Shown here one piece after another: positions 44,016-61,484 of a stretch of 64,000 bases of DNA. The number at the start of each line of letters is the position of its first letter. Positions within the stretch are counted from its first letter, which is position 1. A program made the position numbers and the translations under genes. The notes below the pieces were generated by a model. The model did not search any database. It had not been told where the DNA came from and worked only from the letters and a program-made list of their open reading frames with translations. This DNA comes from the human T2T-CHM13v2.0 reference genome, Homo sapiens: assembly GCF_009914755.1 (NCBI RefSeq), contig NC_060936.1, one strand, 5' to 3'.

Positions 44016-44900
44016 ATTATAATATATATTTCTGTAAGTATATGCTCAAATGCAACTATTCTGGATAACGAGTAGTCATCAGATGTTTGCACCTCTGAAT
44101 AGAATTACCATGAGTGGCACAGGTAATGTGCAGACTGGCACAGGTGAGTGTTGTTGGCGGTTCATTGGTGATATGATTTGCCCAAATGGTGCCCAGCTCT
44201 TGGCATAGCTCTGAGCAAAACTGAGTACATTCCTCCCTCAATTTACACATTCATTCTATTCCTGGAAAACCCAGCGCTCAACAAATACCTTGTCAAAAAA
44301 TATTTTCAGTTTATTTATGCAACTGAGTTAGGTTGTAGATCTGGCTTACTACAGTGTCTTCACCAAAAAATGATGAGTGGAGATTTGAAAAATGGCATAA
44401 GGGATAAGACCATGTTTTATTTTAAGGGAAGTTTAGCAGCCCTAGCCTTCAGCCACTATAAGCCCTCAGTGCCTCTGGTGATTGCAAAAACTAAAAGCAT
44501 CCCACACATTCACAAAATGCCCCCGCTGAGGGCAAAGTTCAGTGCAGCATGCAATTGCTGGACTGTGGTCCCCATGTTCCTCACATATCCTAAGTCCAGG
44601 CTCACGAGGCAGAGTTGAGGAGCTGCTTCTGGGGGCTACAAACTCAGGGTCCAGGAGAGTTTCCTAGAGCCCAGTGGAGAGCACAGTGTTGGTGCCAATG
44701 GCCAGAAAGAGCCTATGCTTTGCCCTCCTCTGGAGAAACTACTAACCTGTGCCAACCCCAGCCAGACCCTCAGGGCCTGGGAGCTGGACCGCACTTTATA
44801 GGATGGGGCCATATTCAAGGAGCTTTGGATGGAGGGCTGTTTTGTGAAGCAGAAATGAGTAGTACACAGGCATTTTTCGGAGTCTTTTTTTAAAATTGGG

Positions 44901-46358
<1,458 letters not shown>

Positions 46359-46399
46359 AAATCGTCTAGCCTGTATAAAGAAAAACACACGAGTCCCTA

Positions 46400-47170
46400 G
46401 TATATGTGTGGCTTGATGAATTGTTAGAGTTGTGTAATCCCCACCGTAGTCATGATGTGAGCCATTTCTAGCACCCCAGGAGGCTCCCTCCTGCCCCGTG
46501 TGGTCTACCCTGCCCTTGCCACAACTCCCAGTGACTGATTTCTCATCTGATTTCTCTCTTGATAGCTTAGATTTGTTTGTCTTAGAACGTCACAGAATTG
46601 GAACCACCATTGGACTGTTAGGTAGTATGCATTGCTTTAGATCTGGCTTATTTCACCCAGCATGATGTTTTTGAGATGCATCAAAAACATAATGAATCAC
46701 TAGTTCATCACAATAAACTACTGATATGTGTTGCACATATCAGTAGTTCATTACTTCTGATTGCTGAGCAGTATTCTGTGGTATTTGCCACAGTGTGGTT
46801 ATTCATTCACCATTGATGGGAATGTGGGCTGTTTCCAGTTTGGGCACTCATGAGTAACGCTGCTATGAACTTTTGCATCTAAGTCTCTGTGTGAGGATAT
46901 GTTTCCCTTTCTCTTGGATATAGACCTGGGAGGTGAATAGCCGGGTCACGTTATAAGTGTTTGTTTAACATTATAAGAAACTACCAAACAGCTTTCTAGG
47001 CTGGCTTTGTCATTTTGCATCCCACCAGCAGTGTGTGGGATTTGCAGTTGCCCTTCATCCTCACCAGTGCTTAGTATTACCAGCCTTTCTAACGCCAGCC
47101 TCTCTCATTGGTGTGTTGTGCCTTCTCGCTGTGCTTTTATTTTCCTTGAGGGATAATGAGATTGACATGC
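46400..47170 (-). mobile_element. L1ME fragment
   Basis: gggctgtttccagtttggg...gctgctatgaac...catcctcaccag. Confidence 0.75.
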
Positions 47171-47801
47171 CTGGATTTTAGGGGTGACAAGCTCCCTGCC
47201 TCATCAGGCTTCTCAGCTGAATCTCTTTAATGCAAGCCTCAGAGGGAGACTTCAGCCCACCCTGGGCTTGGGATGACAAAGCCTTCCTGCTCAGCAAGCC
47301 CCCTGAGGCCAGAGGGGAGTCCCTCCTGGCAGCTGGGGCCTGGGCCAGTATACCCCCGACAGCGGTAAGATGGAGGAGGCCAGAGGCTGGGGTCTTGCAC
47401 TGACCCAGGAACCCCATCCCCTGCAGTGGAGAGGTGTCATAGTAAGTAGCTTGTGCTTGGGGACCAGCCCTAGGATGGAGTACCCACTGCCATTCCCAAG
47501 CATGGGACTTTGGGCAAAGAACTTTCTCTCTGACCTCAGTTTCCTCATCTGTAGACTAGGGATAATAATAGAACCCATCTCACTGGGACGTGGTGCAAAG
47601 CATCTACCCTGCTGTGTGGTGCTGAGAGAGTGCTCAAGACATGGAAGCCACATGAATTCCACTCCCTCAACAGATAGCAGCATACCTCTCTGAATATACG
47701 GTGAGCTCTCTGAACCCCTGAAAGTTTCCCTCAGAAAAACAGGAGTAACCTGATATTTCAGTCCTTACGAAGCTTCTTTTCTCTTGATTCTTTCTCATTA
47801 A

Positions 47802-48500
<699 letters not shown>

Positions 48501-48550
48501 GGTGAGAATGCCAGCCTTATCCCGAAACAATCTCAAACTACGCGGCCTAA

Positions 48551-48880
<330 letters not shown>

Positions 48881-49272
48881 TCGGAATCATTTATACAGAG
48901 ACAGTCAAGAAATGTCATCAGATTTAGCCATTATTCCAGGGGTATGAAGTATTGGATATCACTCTAAACAACCCTTTTAAAGATCGCTTTAAAAAGTAAC
49001 ACAGTACGTGGTTACTTGCTGGAACTCATCAATAATATACACCCACAAAACAAATGAAACAACCAATGTCCTAATTTATGCAAAAGGATATTTGCGGCCT
49101 GGGATAAAATTTCCAGTAGCTGCGTCATAGGCAGATTCAAAAAATGCCATGTCTCCAAAGTTCTAGACATGAGGGGAACAGATGGGGCCCACCAAATGCT
49201 GTTTGATGACTCAAAGACACCGTGTCAAAGACACAGGCGGCGAGTTGGGAGAACATGATTTTATGAATGTAA

Positions 49273-49952
<680 letters not shown>

Positions 49953-50969
49953 AACATATGACTTTAAATAGGCATAAACAGGCATGTGTAACTCTACCAC
50001 TAATATAAATGTGCAAGTGAACTTTGGACTATGCATACGCCCCCACCCAAAGTTTATATGTAAGTTTACCAAAAACATTGAGGGAGGTCCCTTCCCATTG
50101 GTGAAATGAGGGAGCTGACTAACATTTGGGGATACCTCACAGTTTTGGCAGCACAAAGATAAGCAAGACAGAAGAGGTCTCTGCCTCCAGGAAGCTGACG
50201 TTAGAGGGAGAGAGACAGTGAATACAAAATATGATGCTGAGGGCCACAAGGAAAGATGGAGCCGAAGGAAGAGGATGAAGGAGCACCAGGGAGGGGCTGC
50301 AACATGGGGACATTTGCAATATTCGGACAGAGACCAGAATAAGGAGAGGAGCTGAGCCTGTGAGTGTCTTGGGGGAGAGAAGACTTGGTAGCAGGAACTG
50401 CACGTACGGAGGTTCCGAGGTCAGAACAAGCTTGCAACGTCCAGGAAACGACAAGGAGGCTCGTGAGGCCAGACCACACTGGGAGATGGGGACAGTGGCG
50501 GTGGCCAGGTCTCAGAGGGCCTGGGAGGCCGGAGAGGGAGGTGGGTTTTATTTATTCCCATGGATCTGGTGTGGTCCCTTTGGGCTCGGTGGGAGGTAAC
50601 TGCTCATCATTCTACATCTGGGACCTCTGTCCACAGCTGGGTCCCATGTGCCCCTCCAGCATTCTCAGGGCCTCCAGGAGGGAAGTGTTAATGCTTCCCC
50701 TTCTCCGTCTGCCTCTTACCCTTCTGTCTCCACTGATGAGCAGCCAGGGCAGGGAGGGACTGCAGCAGGCCCCAGAGGATGAGGGCGTGTCTTCCCAGTG
50801 CCATCTGCACAACACAACTCAATTCTGGGAATGAGCATTTATTCAGCACCTCTTGGATGCAAGGCACTGACCGCAGCTTGACACCACAGCCAGCCAGGCA
50901 CTCAACACTGCTTGCTGAGGCCAAAGTGAAGATCCCCGCAACAATCGTCTTGTATTTTTTTCAGCTCAG

Positions 50970-51122
50970 TTTCCTGAGCCTGCCACACCGAGGGCCCCAC
51001 AGTCGGAAACCACGTTTGGTTCGAAGCTCTCCTGTTCTCATCTGGAAATTCCTCATCATTTTTGAGCATGGGACCCTGTGTTTCCATTCTGCACCAGGCC
51101 CTGCAAATTACCTAGGGGCCTT
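50970..51122. mobile_element. MER91A-like hAT-Tip100 fragment
   Basis: gaaattcctcatcatttttgagcatggg...ttctgcaccaggccctgcaaatta. Confidence 0.6.
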
Positions 51123-52574
51123 GGGCGGGGGCTCCATTCTAGATGCACACTCAGGGGCTCTGGCAGCTGGTGGGGACTGGAAATGGGGCCTCCACTCAAG
51201 TCCCAGGTGCTGCGGCCTGCAGACCACCCCAGTCTTGGCCAGAGGCCCTGAAAACAGTCAGGGCCCCTCTGCGGCCTGCGGAAGAACCTCTGCACACACC
51301 GGCGCTGCTCGCAGCAGACAGCCGTGAGGAGATGTCTGGTTTTGATTAAATGTCCAGAGCCGCTCATTAACTTGCACAGACAGACTCAGAAGCCACTCGC
51401 TCTAAAACCCGCCCGCCACGGCAGCCCATCCTGCAGGCCCTTCTGTGCCACCTGCAGTTCCTGCTGGAAACTAGGAGCCCCTGGTTTGGGGGCCATGGGC
51501 CCTGAGGCAGGGGGATGGCCAGGGTCACCCAGCCCAGTGGCCTGAGTCCTCCAAAGTGTGTACCTCTCATCATCCACGGTGTGAGGGCTTCCCTGCCCTG
51601 CTGTCTCCACTCTGAACTGGGTTCAGGGGCTGTGGTCTTCCTGGTACAATTTCAAAGCATCTAAGAGGGCCTCATTCCCGCAGCACTGTTCCCTGCCTTG
51701 GCCTCTGTCTCTGAAATTCCACCATCAGGGCCGGTCCTTTTACTGTACTTTAGGTGAAATTTATAGCTGGAACTGCTTTGCATTTATCATGACAGTGTTT
51801 GCAGTGATTTATTTACAAGTCTGTCTCCTCCCCAGGCCACAGCTCTTGAAGGCAAAGTCCATGCCCCATACATTCATTCTTCAAAAATCTGTTCCTGGGC
51901 GCCCACCGTGTGCCTGGCATCAGCTGGCACGAGGAATCTCACTGTCTTTTGATCCCTAACACTAGGAACAGGGCCTCCCCTGGCTGGGACCCTCTGCATA
52001 TTTGCTGAACGAATGAATATGTGAGCAAATGTAGAGTATTGCTCACATTTCTTGAGCACTTACTATAGGTGCCAGGCTCTGTTTTAATCAATTTGTGTGT
52101 ATTTCCTTGTTTCACTCTCCCAACACCCTTGAGTTGGGTGTTGCTGTTATCCCCATTTTACAGAGGAGACTTTGGCACTCAGTAAGGACACATAACCAAG
52201 AGGGCTAACAAGAAGCATGCACAGATACACAGGCATCCCTGCAAGCCAGAAACCAGCACATTCACAGGCAGGCAGAGCTCAGAGCCAAATTAGTCAAATA
52301 TCTTGAAATGATGTTTATTTCTCCTCTAGTTCTCGAGTTCTAATGACTGTTTATTCTTATAAACATCTAATTTGTGTGCTCAGCCTCCCAGTTAGAGTGC
52401 AGTGCCAAGTGGCTCGGGCGTTTGCTCTTTGGTCGGATATCATACCCCCGCTCCTTGCTTTTCTTTTAAGACTCTTCAGACCCTGGGTATCTTGTTGGCA
52501 TCTCACAGGTGGGAGGCGCTTTCCTCTACAGCCTCTGGTGCCTCGCCAGGCCAGCTGGAGGCCAAATGGAAGAG

Positions 52575-53100
52575 TGTGAGGGTTGCCTGCAAAGATGGCT
52601 GCCAGCAGTGCTCCCCCTCCCTGCAGGGGCCTGCAACCTCTCCCATGGGAGGTGGAGTCTGTGTCCCCACCCCTTGAAAGTGGGCAGGCTCTGTGAATCC
52701 TTTGACCCCCGGGATGCTGTGGAGGTGACTCCCTGCAGTTCTGGATTAAGCCTTAAGAGACCTGGCGACTTCTATTTTCTCTCTCTTGGAATCCAGCTGG
52801 CCCGCAAAGTAGCTCAGGCCAGGTTCTAGAAGAGGGAGAGACCGCAGGGACAGAGTGAAGCCTGGGAGATGAGTTACAAGGGGAGAGAGAAGAGTGTACC
52901 CAGCTCCAGTGCTAAACAATGTGGGTGATGCCGTGCTGGGCCATCCAGCCCCAGCTGAGCCCCCCAGATAACACACGTGGGGTGGGGACCACCACGATGC
53001 CTGATCCTGCCCAAATTGCAGAATTCTGAGCAGATAAGTGGCGGCTGTTGTTTTAAGTGGCTAAGTTTGGGGCTGGTTTGTTAAGCAGTGAAGGCAGCTG
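52575..53100 (+). mobile_element. MLT1F/H-like LTR
   Basis: cctgcccaaattgcagaattctgagc...tgttgttttaag. Confidence 0.7.
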
Positions 53101-53612
53101 GAGTTAGAGTGGCTCCAGAGGTCAGGAAACAGGGGAGAGGCGTGCCTGGCCCCTGCTTCTGCTCCTGCCTTGCTTTGAGGGGCAGGGGGCAGGTGTCAGC
53201 CCTACAAATAGCATCTCCCCTCTTCCCTCCTCTTCCCTACCCCCTGGGAGTAACCTGCTTGTTTTCCCAACAGGTGTTAAAATAACGACCTTTGGGCTAA
53301 AAAGGAAGCTGTGTGTGTGAGTGATAAGAGGGTCTGGCTGCCTGAACCGCAAGGAGGGAGCGAGGGAAGTGAGGTGGGGACGGAGGTCGTGGGGAGAGCT
53401 GGCAATTTGCAGGGAGAAGGCTTTCAGCTGGACTGGGGCGGATCAGGGCTTCTTTCTCCCCATGTCCTACAGAACTCGGCTTCATTCTTTTCTTCACGAG
53501 GAAGGTTTGCAGGAAGAAAGGGCCCAAGAGCCACAGCCGTCCCCTGCCTGGGTGCTCACCGTTTGCCTGTGCGGTCCTCCCCCTCACTCGGCCTGGGGTG
53601 CTGTCTCCCTGC

Positions 53613-54055
53613 TGTCCTGGGTTAAATTGTGTGCTCTGCAAAAAGATATGTGGAAATCTTAACTCCCAAACCTTAGAATGTGACCTGATTTGGAAACAGG
53701 GTCATGGCAGATGTAATTGGTTAAGATGAGGTCTTGCTAGAGTAGAGCAGGCCCTAAATCCAGTATGACCGGTGCCCTTATAAAAAGAGGACAGAGACAC
53801 ATGGGAAGGTCACGTGATGACGGCGGTGCTGGGAGATGCAGCCACAAGCCAAGGCATGCCAGGGATTGCTGGCTGCTGCGAGAGGCTGGGAGGGGGGCGA
53901 GGAAAGAGCCCACCGGAGTTCAGAGGGTGCATGGCCCTGCCCAGAACTTGATCTTGGACTTCTGGCCTCCAGAACGGTGAGGGAATAAAACGTCTGTTTT
54001 TTGAAGCCACCCAGTTTGTGACGCCCAGTTACAGCAGCCTAAGGACAGGAATATA
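53613..54055 (+). mobile_element. MLT1B-like LTR
   Basis: gaatgtgacctgatttggaaacagggtc...ggacttctggcctccagaac. Confidence 0.85.
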
Positions 54056-54149
54056 TCCCTGTTGTGCCCAGGCCTAGTCACTGTGGACTTCAGCAAGTGC
54101 TGTTCACTTCACCTTCAAAACAGAGTACTTCCCAAATCTGCCCTTCTCA

Positions 54150-54438
54150 GGCCAGGCGCGGCGGCTCACGCCTGTAATCCCAGAGCTTTGGGAGGCCGAG
54201 GCGGGCAGATCACTTGAGGTTGGGTGTTTGAGACCAGCCTGGGCAACATGGTGAAACCCTGTCTCTACTAAAAATACAAAAATTAGCCGATGTCGTGGCG
54301 GGCGCCTGCAATCCCAGCTACTCAGGAGGCTGGGGCAGGAGAATCGCTTGAAACTGGGAGGCAGAGGTTGGAATGAGCCGAAATCGTGCCACTGCACTTC
54401 AGTCTGGGCAACACAGCAAGACTCTGTCTCAAAAAAAC
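54150..54438 (+). mobile_element. AluS
   Basis: Alu consensus. Confidence 0.94.
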
Positions 54439-55399
54439 ATGGTGAAACAAAACCAAATCTGTCCTCCTCTACTCTTCCAGGGAACACCCTGGTCAGAGCC
54501 CCTGCCCTCCCTTGCCTGGACGGTTGCAGGTGCCCCCGCCGACCCCCACAGTTCTCCCAACTCACTATGCCCCCTCTTCCCCCCAGCAGCCAGAGGGGTC
54601 CTTTCAAAACCTACATCAGGCCAGTCCCCATGCTCCTAAAGGTATCCTATCCTGCTCCAATTCCAATAAAACCCCAATTCCTTTGAAGAAGGCCCCCATG
54701 ACCTGGCCCCTTCCAGCCCCTGTGATCTCTCTCCTACCACCACGTCGCTCTAGCCTACTGCTTCTCAAACACACCAAAAACAGTCCCACCTCAGGGCCTT
54801 GGCACGTACGGGTCCCCTGGCCTGGAACCCTCCTCCTCACATCTCCACATGGCTCCAACTGTCTCTTTATTCACGTCTTTGCTCAAATGTCACCCTCAAA
54901 GAAACCTTCTCTGATCACCTGTAATGAAATCACCACACATCACCTTCCTCGCCCACCCCACATCATCTCCCTCTGCCCGCTTTGGAAGATGATCTTGTCC
55001 GTGGCAGAGTTGCCTTACAACCCACCCCCTTCTCACGGGCTCTCTTTGAAGCAGCTGTTCCATTTCTAGGAAGCGATTCTACAGAGGTGCTGGCCTGGGG
55101 CGCAGAGGCACGGACAGGCCAGGATGTGCCTGGTAGGGTCACTACTGCAGCAAAAGCCGAAAGCCAAGCTCCGTGTCCATCGCGAAGGCACTGGGCATGT
55201 GGCTATGCAGCCGTGACAAAGGATGAAGCCATCCCGTGGCCAGGGCGCAGAGTGACCTCCCAGATCTACGTTTCATGTGGCGTTTCTGCCGTGTATTTTT
55301 AAACCCGGGGACAAATGTATGCGTAGTAAAGGTCGTGAGGTCATTTGTCTTTGGTGTCTAGCTTGACAGATTTTGAAAAAATTGACCCTTTTAAAAAGC

Positions 55400-56130
<731 letters not shown>

Positions 56131-58282
56131 TTTCAAGCCAAGTGGGTGCAGGAGACCCATGAAGGCCCCTCCCGCTGATCTTTTGAGGAATATGTATTTC
56201 TATCTGTGCATTTCTGCTTGTGTGTTCCTAAGCTACTCCCTGGAAGGACACACAGACACTGGGAACTGAAGATGCTTCTGGGGCGGGCACGCGGGCCCCT
56301 GAAGACAAAGTCGGAGAGATGCATGCTTTGCAATGTGTGCCCCGTTGGTACCGATTGAAAAAGTTATTTAACTACACGTATACGAGACTGAACTGTGTGT
56401 GTACATTTTAAAATAAAACAAAACGTGCTTCCTGTTCTGCGGCCTCTGCCCCTCCCCTCGGCAGCCCTGAGGCTTGGCCAGGGTCCAGGAGGAAGGCGCG
56501 GGGAACAGGTTGGCCCAGTCAGCTGGCTGGGACTTCAAAGGAAAGCGCCGCTGGGGCCCACCTGGGGCGCAGCGGAGCACCTCCCACAGAGGGAAGGAAA
56601 TGCCAGCCCCGGGGCGACCTCAGAACATCTGCAGGGACAAGGGTGTGTCAGGCCACCTGGGCAAGCGCTTTACCTCTCTGTGCCTCGGTTTGCTCATCTG
56701 GGAATTGGGGATGTTGAGAGCACCTGAGTCCCAGCACTGCTGTGAGGGTGAACGTGATCCTGAACGCCAAGGGCTTGGCTAGGCTTTTCACGCGTGCTCT
56801 TCACACCGAGAATACAATCAAGCCCCACACCCACCCCCAGCCCGCAGAGTCCTATGTGAGCAGCCCCTGTCCACTTCTCAGACCCCATCTCTCTCCCCAG
56901 CTTCCTCCCGACCCAGGTCCAGCCACACTGGGCTCCGAGCTATTCCCACCCCAGGACCGTTGCACCAGCTGTGCCCACCACGAGAGCATTTCCCCCAGAC
57001 ACCCACGTGGCTTCCTGGCAGGTCCTTCTGGCTGGGTCACAACCCAATCCCCTACTGAACTGGACATTTCACCACCTGCGTTCTTGAACTCTGACGAGGT
57101 TTAAGGCAGATATGGGCACAGGCAGATAAGGGGCGTAGGTGCATGGGGGGTGTGTAAGGGCCTGCCTGGGAGGCTAGCCTCAGAGGCTCTGGGAGACGAA
57201 TTTTCTCTTCTTGAGGGAGCCCCTGGGGGTGGGAAGGTCCCTGGTCCTTCAGTCCTGAAACTCGGTTGTAGAGTGGGTGAGAAGGACAGGGTGGGCAGAG
57301 GGATAGGACTGGGGTCCCGGAGGATGGAGGGGAAGACCCCAGACAGGGGGCCCCAAGCTAAATCTAGCAGAGGGGCCCAGACCCTGACAACATAAGGTCA
57401 CAGCCAGCTACCCAGGGCCCCGCATGGAGTCCCCACTCCCCTCTTACCAGCTCAACCTCTCTACAAACCTCAGTTTCCCTCCTGTGTGCCTGGAACAGCT
57501 GTTGCAGGCGCTGTGAGGCAGGGATGGGGGGATTGAGGAAGGTCCTCGAGGCTGGGAAGTTGAGGCTGGCAGCCGAGACAACTGAGGCGTGAGGAGCACA
57601 GCTCTGTGCCCAGGCAGCTGCAGGAAAACACCCCGAAGGGCCATTTGCGGGGAGCCCCCAGTCTGTCTAAGTGACAGATGTTGTTCCGAGAAGAGCCTCT
57701 CTCTACCCAGGATGCTGAGTTCCACAGGATGCCTGCAGCAGGGCTGGCCTGGGAGGTTGTGCAGATTCAGCATTGCACAATTTTGGGGACCCAAGGTTCC
57801 AGAGAGGCTTCCTGGAAGGGGGGCTCAGGATGAGCCATTTGGCCCCCCCTTTGTCTCCCTTCCACCTGAAAGCTCAGTTGGAACAATCCCAGCCTCGCAA
57901 GGCTGACTTGATGCCGCGAAGCGATGCTGAGTTAGTGCTGCCTTTGCTGAGACTCACAGCTGAGTAAAAAAAAGAAAAAGGAAAAAGGCAGAATTTTTTA
58001 AAAGCTGCCATCAGCACAGGGCGCCCAAGCTGCCCCTGCCTCGCCGTGACCTTTGGAGGGATGCACGCACGGCCATAAGCATCACGTGGGGCCACGGTTC
58101 GGACTGGCGCCAGCCTCCTGAGTGAATCCCGGCACTGCCACTTCCCGGGTGTGTGGCCCCAGGTAAGTCAGATAACCTCTGTGGTCTCAGTTTCTCTTTG
58201 CATAAAATGGGATTAATAACAGAGCTTGCCTCTCCATGGTTCATGTTGGGGCCCCTGCTCTCCAGGCCTGTGGGGTGCATCT

Positions 58283-59420
58283 GGCTGTGTCTATGTGAGT
58301 GCAAATCTGCTAGTGTCTGGGAAGGTGCATGTGAGTTTGGGCACGCCCAGGCCATCCCATCTCCTCTCTTCCGGGCAGGCTGGAAGGCTGCCTGGAGGTG
58401 GTGGCAGTAGCCAGTTTTCCTGTGGTTCCCAGGAATATATTGTGTTTGGCTGGGCCAAACAAAGCCAAGGCACTGTCACCTGCCCACGGTGGGGATTAGG
58501 GACCTTCCATGATTTCCAATCTATTTGATTCCTGTGGTTTTGATCACATATAGCAAGGGTTTGTGCCCAAAATGCGTACAAATCTGTTTGGTTCTGGGCT
58601 TTGGACAGCGAGCTGTGCAAACTGCTCAGCAGGTACCAAGTGCTGTGCAAGTGTTGGCTGTGGTGACCCCCCTGTACCAAGCGCTGTGCAAGTGTTGGCA
58701 TGGTGACCTCCTTGGGAGGCTGCAGGTTGGGCTGTGCCTGGTGCCCACTGGGTGTTCCCTGATGTCTGGCAGCTCCCACCACACTGGCCCTGGCTGCCGG
58801 GCAATCTCCCCTCTGCCTCGCGTACCGGCTGGCTGTCTTTCCCTGGCCCTCTCTCTAGGTGTTTGATGGTTGTAAACTCTTTGCAGAACATTAAAGCAAA
58901 TGGGAGCAGCCCAAACCCCACCAGGAAAGAGACAGGCCCTCCCAGCACCATCCCAGCGCCATCCCAGCGCCACCCCAGCGCCACCTCAGCACTACCCCAG
59001 CGTGGTGCCGCCCACACCGCCCCTGGGGCCTGCCTCTGGGAGGCATGGGGTCTCCTGTGTGTCGCTGAGCTCCAGAACATTCATGTCCAGGCCTGGGGGC
59101 CAAGGGCGGGGGGTTCCCAGAGGGTGCATTGGACTCTCCGAGGTGCTGGGGAGGTCCTGTATCCCCTTCCACAGGCAGGTGACAGTGCCACAGCCTTGGC
59201 CTGAAACAGCCCAGCTCCAGTGAAATAGGTCCCTGAGAACCATGGGACAACTGGCTGCTGCCTCCTCCTCCAGGCAGTCCTCCAGCATGCCTGATGGAGA
59301 AGGAAAGGGTGAGGCAGCCTGGGCGTGCCCAAACTCACACACACCCTTATACACAACTGTTACAATCACATACCCTCATAGACACTTGCAGAATGGTACA
59401 AACTCACACAGACACACCCA
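58283..59420. repeat. Diverged long inverted repeat (arms ~58283-58506 and ~59151-59420)
   Basis: Reverse-complement alignment of the arms; perfect 23-bp and 16-bp blocks. Confidence 0.9.
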
Positions 59421-59681
59421 CACACACCCCCTCACATTCACACATATAGGTTCACAATCACACTCCGTTACAGACACACACGCAGAGTGATACACATCTT
59501 TGGAAACACACTCCAGGCAGAGACGCACTGTCTCTTACACACACATACAGACACCTTCAGACAGATGCTCACGCATGAGACCAACTCACACCCAGAGACA
59601 CATGCTCCCCTGAGCACACACAGCCCACACTCACACCCACTCACAGTCACTGAGACAGACTGTCCCGCTGACACCCAGGGT

Positions 59682-59799
59682 GGGTTGCCAGATCTAGCAA
59701 ATAAAGACATAAGCCCCTTGGCTGACTCTGACAAATGATTCTTCAGTGTAAGTACATCCTGTGCAGTATCTGGGTGCCCTGCATTTTATCTGCAAGCCC
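59682..59799. mobile_element. MER53-like MITE, internally deleted
   Basis: gggttgccagatctagcaaataaa...gcattttatctgcaagccc. Confidence 0.7.
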
Positions 59800-61153
59800 A
59801 GCTCAGGGGCACTGGCGCAGATTCACACTCAGACACCCACAGACTCGCTCTGGCAGCCACACAGACATCGCCCTGTGCAGGAACTTAGCACCCAGAAAGC
59901 CCTGCCTTCTGACTCCCAGCCCCTCCCCAAGCCCAGGACAGCAACATTCTCTTCACCCGTTCCTGCTTACGAAAATAGCCCATGATGGGCAGAATGGGGC
60001 TCCCCGAGACCTGGGCGTGCTCCCAGTGGAAGAGGTATCCCTGAAAGTCGCCTCGCCAGTTGGTTATAAGAGCACCCATTTTCCAGGTAAGAAAACCAAG
60101 ACTCGGATAATGATGCAGCCTGTCTGAGCCACACAAAGCAAGGCCATGTTCTTTCCCCAGCTTCCGCTATGGAAACCATTTGGGAGAAAGGACCCGGTTG
60201 TTTTTGGAGGGCCCCACTGAATAGCCTGGGCTCAGGGTTGGGGCCTCTTTTTATTGATAGGTAAATTTCACAAGCAGAATTGCCTGCAGAGTTCTGAAAG
60301 TTATCCAAGCCTCACTCCTGGCAATTCTGATTCAGAGCAAGGCCAAGAAATGTGCATTTATAATAACCATACTAGAAGATTCTGATGCATGCTCCTGGTT
60401 AAGAGCCACTGTTCTATCCTCAGCAGAAAGCTCTAGCTCAAGGACAGAAAATCCACAGCACACGTACCCACACCCCTTACCCATGCCCATGGCAGACATC
60501 ACTAATCAATCATGATAATCTTTCTCGTCAAACTCAGGCCCAGCCTCAGAATCCCTCCCAGCTCAGGGCTCCAGGGAGCCAGTAAGTGGAGTGGTTTCTA
60601 TCCTGGTACTAATCAGCAGATTTACGATTTCATCATTGTGTCCCACTCATGAGCTTCTGGACAATGTTACTTGGCAAGGTCCCTCCCTGCCTTCACTTTT
60701 TCCAAAAACCAAACATAGTAACAATATAGTAACAGCTAACATTTCCTGCTGGGTTAGTATGCACCAGGCATGGGGCCAAGTGTTTTACATGCACTATTGC
60801 ATGCAATCTCCCCAGTGCTGCATTGTAGTAAAATCATCATTACCTTGATGTGACAGAGGAGGAAAGTCAGGCATGGGGCAGTCAAAGAACTTGGACCAGG
60901 TCACACAGCTAGGGAGTGGTTGAGCAGGGATTTGACTGCACCCTGCAGTGGGATGACCCTCAGTCCTCCTGGCTTTTGACCCATGTCCAAAACCCTCCTG
61001 CAGTCCTGCCCTTTGTGGGTCTGTGGGCCCCTTCCCATCTGGGTCCCATATCCCTGACTCACCCACATCCTTGCTGTGTGAGTCCCGGTCCTTTCCGGAG
61101 TACCCTTGGAGATCCCTGGCCCCCAAGCACTTGTGACTTTAAGAATGTTCTTG

Positions 61154-61484
61154 GGCCAGGCATGGTGGCTCATGCCTGTAACCCCAGCACTTTGGGAGGC
61201 TGAGGCAGGGGGATTGCTTCAGCCCAGGAGTTTGAGCCCAGCCTGGGCAGCATAGTAACCCTCATTGCCTCAGTCTCCCCATTTGTGCAATGGGCGTGAA
61301 TCAAAGGGGTATGAATGTGGCCAGAACTGCACAGGCACAGAGCAGATGCCTCCAGCGATGCACCAAAAAACTTTTTTTAAAAATTATCTGGACATGGTGG
61401 TGCATACTTGTTGTCCTAGCTGCTCAGGAGGCTGAGGCAGGAGGATTGCTTGAGCCCAGAAGTTCCAGGCTACAGTGAGCTATG
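61154..61484 (+). mobile_element. AluJ with ~100-bp MIR-like insert between its arms
   Basis: Left arm 61154-61260, right arm 61365-61484. Confidence 0.85.

Noticed and set aside
58633-59001. CRISPR-like array interpretation of short repeats
   Set aside because: Plain tandem repeats without unique spacers; human DNA with no cas genes
59335-59660. His/Thr-rich ORFs
   Set aside because: Degenerate CA-rich low-complexity sequence
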